Source of the DNA: Streptosporangiaceae bacterium
Lineage (GTDB): Bacteria; Actinomycetota; Actinomycetes; Streptosporangiales; Streptosporangiaceae
NCBI GenBank assembly: GCA_035484155.1
Contig: DATHPF010000056.1
Span: 3,291 to 67,290 of the forward strand
Reading direction: 5' to 3'
DNA: 64,000 nucleotides
The notes beneath the pieces are model-generated. The model searched no databases. It was given only the letters and a program-made list of their open reading frames with translations, and had not been told where the DNA came from. Of this stretch, positions 59,913 to 64,000 are shown piece after piece. The translations under genes and the position numbers were made by a program. How positions within the stretch are numbered: position 1 is the stretch's first letter; every line of letters begins with the position of its first letter.

Positions 59913-59979
59913 TCGGCGTGGCATCCGTCAGCTGACCCACCGCTTGGCAGCCGTCGCGTACCAGAGGAGAACTGCGTAA

Positions 59980-60624
59980 ATGCCCTCAGCCATCCGATCG
60001 GCCGGCCTCCCCGAGGGGGCAATTCTTATCCAGGATTCGGCTGACGTTGATGAGCGGGCAGTACTTGGCGCGGGAACCTCCGTCTGGCACATTGCGCAGA
60101 TCCGCGAGGACGCGAGACTCGGGCGCGGTTGCATTGTGGGCCGAGGGGCCTACGTTGGTCCTGGCGTGGTCATTGGAGACAACGTCAAGCTGCAAAATTA
60201 CGCGCTGGTTTACGAGCCTGCCAGGCTGGGCGACGGGGTTTTTATTGGACCGGCCGCCGTACTGACGAACGATTTGTACCCGCGATCAGTCTCCGGGACC
60301 GGCGATCTGAAGCGGCCCGGCGACTGGGATGCCCGTGGCGTTGTTGTACTCGAGGGAGCATCGATCGGTGCTCGCGCCGTAGTCGTTGCCGGAATCCAGA
60401 TTGGCCGGTGGGCCCTTGTGGCGGCCGGAGCTGTGGTCACGCGGGACGTGCCCGACTTTGCGCTCGTTGCGGGTGTTCCGGCCCGACGAATTGGGTGGGT
60501 CGGGCAAGCGGGGGTCACGTTGGTCCCGGACGGAGATTCGCACTGGCGCTGCCCCCAGACGGGCGAACTGTTCAGCGAGTCAGGCGGTCTGCTGGCGATG
60601 ACCGAAGTCCCACGGCTCGGCTAG
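59980..60624 (+). CDS. Left-handed beta-helix (hexapeptide) sugar N-acetyltransferase (WbpD-like)
   Basis: Hexapeptide repeats 'GRGCIVGRGAYVGPGVVIGDNVKLQNYALV' and 'VVLEGASIGARAVVVAGIQIGRWALVAAGAVV'. Confidence 0.85.
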   Translation: MPSAIRSAGLPEGAILIQDSADVDERAVLGAGTSVWHIAQIREDARLGRGCIVGRGAYVGPGVVIGDNVKLQNYALVYEPARLGDGVFIGPAAVLTNDLYPRSVSGTGDLKRPGDWDARGVVVLEGASIGARAVVVAGIQIGRWALVAAGAVVTRDVPDFALVAGVPARRIGWVGQAGVTLVPDGDSHWRCPQTGELFSESGGLLAMTEVPRLG

Positions 60625-60825
60625 GGATCTCGGCCCATCGGGCAGTAATCCCACTGGTCAGGCAACCTGATCGCCCGCTCGCGCGTCTGCTTAGCACGCG
60701 CTACGCTTCCGGGCGAATTCTGCCGCGAGGGGTCGTTCGCGCCAAGTAAGGTGTCTTTCGGATCAGCAGGCGGCGCGTGGCCGGTAGCCGAGGAGAGACT
60801 TGGCCAAGGGTGATGTCTGCATGCG

Positions 60826-61962
60826 GTGTCTGTCGCGAGGAAGAGGTTTGCGTTGGCGTGCCACACCCAGAGGCTAGTTCCACCGATCGGTATCGCGGTG
60901 GTTGGAGCTGGCTACTGGGGGCCGAACCTTGTGCGCAATTTTGCCGGCTGCCCGAGCTATCGGCTTACCTGGGTTTGTGATCTGGACAAGGCTCGCGCAG
61001 CCGACGTTCTTGGCCCTTATTCAACTGTCGGTGTAACTGATGACCTTGGTGCCGTGCTCGCCGACGAACGGGTGGCCGCGATAGCCATAGCGACTCCCGC
61101 CAGCTCACATTGTGAGATCGCCGTTGCGGCAATGCGGGCCGGTAAACATGTCCTGGTCGAAAAGCCGCTTGCGGCCACGTACGAGGACGGCCTCCGGCTG
61201 GTAGAGGAGGCAGAGCGCGCCGGAGTGGTGCTCATGTGCGACCACACGTTCTGCTATACGCCCGCTGTCATGAAGATCCGAGAGCTCATACACGCCGGTG
61301 ACCTCGGAGAACTTCACTTTTTTGACTCGGTCCGGATCAATCTAGGGCTGGTACAGCCAGACATCGACGTGCTGTGGGACCTGGCACCGCATGACATCTC
61401 AATCCTGGAGTCGATCCTGCCGCCCGGCGTAGAAGCTCTCACCGTCGCGGCGCACGCGGCCGACCCGATCGGCACTGGCCGCTCCTGCGTCGCCTTCGTG
61501 ACCATTCAGCTGACCGGTGGCGCCATCGCCCACTTCCACCTGAACTGGCTGTCACCGACGAAGATCCGCACCACCATGATAGGCGGGTCAAAGCGCGCGC
61601 TGCTCTGGGACGATCTCAATCCCTTGCAGCGGGTGACTGTCTTTGACCGGGGCGTTGACCTCTTGCCCGCCGAGGAGGCGGATGCGGCAGACCGTCAGCA
61701 AGCCTTTGTGTCATACCGCACCGGCGACCTAGTATCTCCGGCCCTTGCTGAGCGTGAGGCGCTCAGGGGCGTCGTAGAGGAGTTTGCCGACAGCATCTGC
61801 ACAGGCCGACCGCCCCTCACCGACGGCCTCTCGGGCCTGCGGGTGTTGGACATCCTCGAGGCCGCGACGCGTAGCATCGAGCTCCAGGGGGCGCCCGTAC
61901 CGTTGCGCGGGATCCGACGCGCCCGGGCCGCCGCTCCAGCCCGTCAGGAAATCGGGGTATGA
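60826..61962 (+). CDS. Gfo/Idh/MocA-family NAD-dependent sugar oxidoreductase (WbpB-like)
   Basis: 'IAVVGAGYWGPNLVRNF' and 'GKHVLVEKPLA'. The GTG start is uncertain. Confidence 0.85.
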   Translation: MSVARKRFALACHTQRLVPPIGIAVVGAGYWGPNLVRNFAGCPSYRLTWVCDLDKARAADVLGPYSTVGVTDDLGAVLADERVAAIAIATPASSHCEIAVAAMRAGKHVLVEKPLAATYEDGLRLVEEAERAGVVLMCDHTFCYTPAVMKIRELIHAGDLGELHFFDSVRINLGLVQPDIDVLWDLAPHDISILESILPPGVEALTVAAHAADPIGTGRSCVAFVTIQLTGGAIAHFHLNWLSPTKIRTTMIGGSKRALLWDDLNPLQRVTVFDRGVDLLPAEEADAADRQQAFVSYRTGDLVSPALAEREALRGVVEEFADSICTGRPPLTDGLSGLRVLDILEAATRSIELQGAPVPLRGIRRARAAAPARQEIGV

Positions 61963-62996
61963 GCCGGGTCGATGTTGTCATTCCCTGTTACAACTATGGC
62001 AAGTTCCTACCCGATTGCGTCGCTAGTGCTATCGACGACCAGCCCGAGTCAGATGTGCACGTGCTCATTATTGATGACGCGTCACAAGACGACAGTGCCG
62101 ACATCGCGCGAAAGCTGGCAGCCAGCAGCGACCGTGTCGAGGTAGTGGTTCATCCCGTCAACCGCGGCGCCATTCCGACCTATAATGAGGGGCTGCTGGA
62201 TTGGGCGGAAGGCAACTACTGTGTCCTGTTGTCCGCCGATGACAAGCTCACTCCCGGTGCGCTTCGCCGGGCCACCGAATTCCTTGACGGGCATCCAAAC
62301 GTTGGCTTCGTCTACGGAAACGCAGTGTGGTTCCGTAGCGACGAGGCGCCACCTGCGCAGTTGACCTGCCGGCTGGAGCGAGTCTTCGCAGGCCGCCGGT
62401 GGCTCGAGCGGCGCTTCAGGGAGCCGGTAAACCGCGTAGCCTCGCCGGCAGTGGTCGTCCGGACTTCACTCCAGCATCAGGTCGGCGGCTACGACCCACG
62501 TTTGTACCACACGAGTGATGCCGAGATGTGGATGCGGCTGGCCGCGCACGCGGACGTTGGATATCTAGGCGTAGATCAAGCCTACTACCGCAGGCATGAC
62601 GCGAACATGTCGCTAGGGCTTGACGACTTCGTTGTGCGATTCACGCAGCTGCGAGCTGCCTATGAGGCAGTACTGAAGCACTGCGAGCCGTTTTTGCCTG
62701 ACGCAGCCAACCTGTCACGCGTCGTACATCGACGCCTCGCTCACGAAGCCTTGTGGGTAGCTGTGCGGGCTTACGACCGTCGTCGGACTGACTGGGTCCC
62801 GGTTGACGAACTGGTGGCATTCGCGTTCGACTGCTGGCCCGACACTGCGAGCCTAGGTATCTACCGCGGCCTGCAGTTCCGTCGCTCGATCGGACCACGG
62901 GTCACACCGTACTTGCAGCCGCTGGTCTGGTCAGCCGTCATACGTGAGATTAGAGACCGATTCCGGCGTTATTCATGGGCACGGCAGGGATTCTGA
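61959..62996 (+). CDS. Family 2 glycosyltransferase
   Basis: 'VDVVIPCYNYGKFL' and 'LIIDDASQDDS'. 4-nt overlap with the preceding gene. Confidence 0.85.
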   Translation: MSRVDVVIPCYNYGKFLPDCVASAIDDQPESDVHVLIIDDASQDDSADIARKLAASSDRVEVVVHPVNRGAIPTYNEGLLDWAEGNYCVLLSADDKLTPGALRRATEFLDGHPNVGFVYGNAVWFRSDEAPPAQLTCRLERVFAGRRWLERRFREPVNRVASPAVVVRTSLQHQVGGYDPRLYHTSDAEMWMRLAAHADVGYLGVDQAYYRRHDANMSLGLDDFVVRFTQLRAAYEAVLKHCEPFLPDAANLSRVVHRRLAHEALWVAVRAYDRRRTDWVPVDELVAFAFDCWPDTASLGIYRGLQFRRSIGPRVTPYLQPLVWSAVIREIRDRFRRYSWARQGF

Positions 62997-63017
62997 CTCC
63001 AGAGAGCAGCGAGAGGA

Positions 63018-63983
63018 TTGGCAGGAATCGTGATAGCGGGAACACGTTGCCTTGTGACCGGCGGCGCCGGCACTATCGGATCCACGATAGTGGACCGGCT
63101 AGTTGACGCTGACGCGGCCGAAATAATTGTGCTGGACAACTTCGTTCGCGGTAGCCGCCAGAATCTCTCCAAGGCGATGCCCTCCGGCCGGGTGCGGGTG
63201 GAAGAGGGAGATATCCGCGACGGCAATCTTGTGCGTCGGTTGATGCAAGGGGTCGACCTGGTGTTCCACCAGGCGGCAATCCGGATCACCCAGTGCAGCT
63301 CGGAGCCCCGTCTGGCGCTCGAAGTCCTCGTCGACGGTACGTACGAAGTCATCGAGGCAAGCGTCGACGCGGGTGTCCGCAAGGTCGTCGCCGCATCCTC
63401 GGCTTCGGTATACGGAGGCGCCGACCACTTCCCCACGACTGAGAACCATCCCCCGTACAACAATGACACGCTGTACGGCGCTGCGAAGACGTTCAACGAG
63501 GGCCTGCTCCGCAGCTTCCACGCCATGCGCGGACTGGACTACGTCGCGCTCCGCTACTTCAACGTCTACGGGCCACGGATGGACATCTACGGCCGATACA
63601 CCGAGGTCCTCATTCGATGGATGCAACGCATCGCCGCCGGGCAGGCGCCGCTCATACTTGGTGATGGCCTGCAAACGATGGATTTCGTCTACACAGAGGA
63701 CATCGCAAGGGCGAACATTCTGGCCGCGGAGAGCGACGTCACCGACGAGATCTTCAACATCGCCAGCGGCACGGAGACGAGCCTCATCGAGCTAGCTCAC
63801 GGGCTGCAGCGAGTAATGGGCTCCAGCCTGCCGTTGGAGTTCGGACCGGAGCGGGACGTCAACGGTGTCGTCAGACGTCTAGCCGATACATCTGCAGCTG
63901 CGCGTGCGCTCGGCTGGAAGGCCGAGATTAGCCTGGACGAGGGACTCGCCAGGCTGGTTGATTGGTGGCGAGCTCAACAGTGA
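63018..63983 (+). CDS. NAD-dependent nucleotide-sugar epimerase/dehydratase (extended SDR)
   Basis: 'LVTGGAGTIGS', 'ASSASVYG', 'YGAAK' (YxxxK). Confidence 0.88.
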   Translation: MAGIVIAGTRCLVTGGAGTIGSTIVDRLVDADAAEIIVLDNFVRGSRQNLSKAMPSGRVRVEEGDIRDGNLVRRLMQGVDLVFHQAAIRITQCSSEPRLALEVLVDGTYEVIEASVDAGVRKVVAASSASVYGGADHFPTTENHPPYNNDTLYGAAKTFNEGLLRSFHAMRGLDYVALRYFNVYGPRMDIYGRYTEVLIRWMQRIAAGQAPLILGDGLQTMDFVYTEDIARANILAAESDVTDEIFNIASGTETSLIELAHGLQRVMGSSLPLEFGPERDVNGVVRRLADTSAAARALGWKAEISLDEGLARLVDWWRAQQ

Positions 63984-64000
63984 TTCCGGTGATCCGCCCG
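63980..64000 (+). CDS. Possible start of a further gene (7 codons, runs off the window)
   Basis: GTG overlapping the epimerase stop (GTGA). 'VIPVIRP' resembles the N-termini of DegT-type aminotransferases, but is far too short to call. Confidence 0.2.

Noticed and set aside
59693-60022. 109-aa minus-strand ORF in the divergent spacer of the amino-sugar cluster
   Set aside because: It has no RBS and no recognisable motif, it overlaps the acetyltransferase start, and its composition is typical of non-coding spacer.

Overview
High-GC, Actinomycetota-type chromosomal segment, densely coding on both strands. I found no rRNA, CRISPR array, transposase, integrase or prophage genes. The ORF track uses GTG/TTG starts and gives longest frames, so several starts were trimmed by hand.

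Conserved backbone:
- A complete 14-gene NADH:quinone oxidoreductase operon, nuoA-N, on the minus strand (40.1-56.2 kb). It is flanked by menaquinone-related genes: a polyprenyl synthase, a geranylgeranyl-type reductase and demethylmenaquinone methyltransferase.
- An oxidative pentose-phosphate cluster, pgi-gnd-pgl-zwf, followed by a DUF2090-type aldolase and a Cof-type phosphatase (12.2-18.9 kb).
- korAB 2-oxoglutarate:ferredoxin oxidoreductase plus a crotonase (25.3-29.1 kb).
- One tRNA-Tyr and yajQ.

Accessory-looking parts:
- An AfsR/SARP-NB-ARC-TPR regulator divergent from a secreted S53 (sedolisin) peptidase.
- A decayed Ig-like/pentapeptide-repeat gene, 5'-truncated and frameshifted.
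- An AT-richer TupA-like ATP-grasp gene next to a DUF2079 membrane protein and UDP-glucose dehydrogenase.
- Two tandem membrane-anchored GH16 paralogues next to an ECF sigma factor with a C-terminal extension and a YCII/DGPF gene.
- A VapC/Phd toxin-antitoxin pair.
- An AT-richer WbpB/WbpE/WbpD-like amino-sugar cluster that runs off the right edge.

A recurring sequence-level oddity is a set of short, near-perfect, in-frame tandem repeats (15-18 bp units). They lie in tails or loops of otherwise conserved proteins (NuoM, DUF2079, an LLM oxidoreductase) and across the stop codon of the YCII gene.

Nothing here is a clear-cut novel system. The best candidates are the ATP-grasp/DUF2079/ugd trio, the amino-sugar cluster and the repeat phenomenon, all scored moderately.
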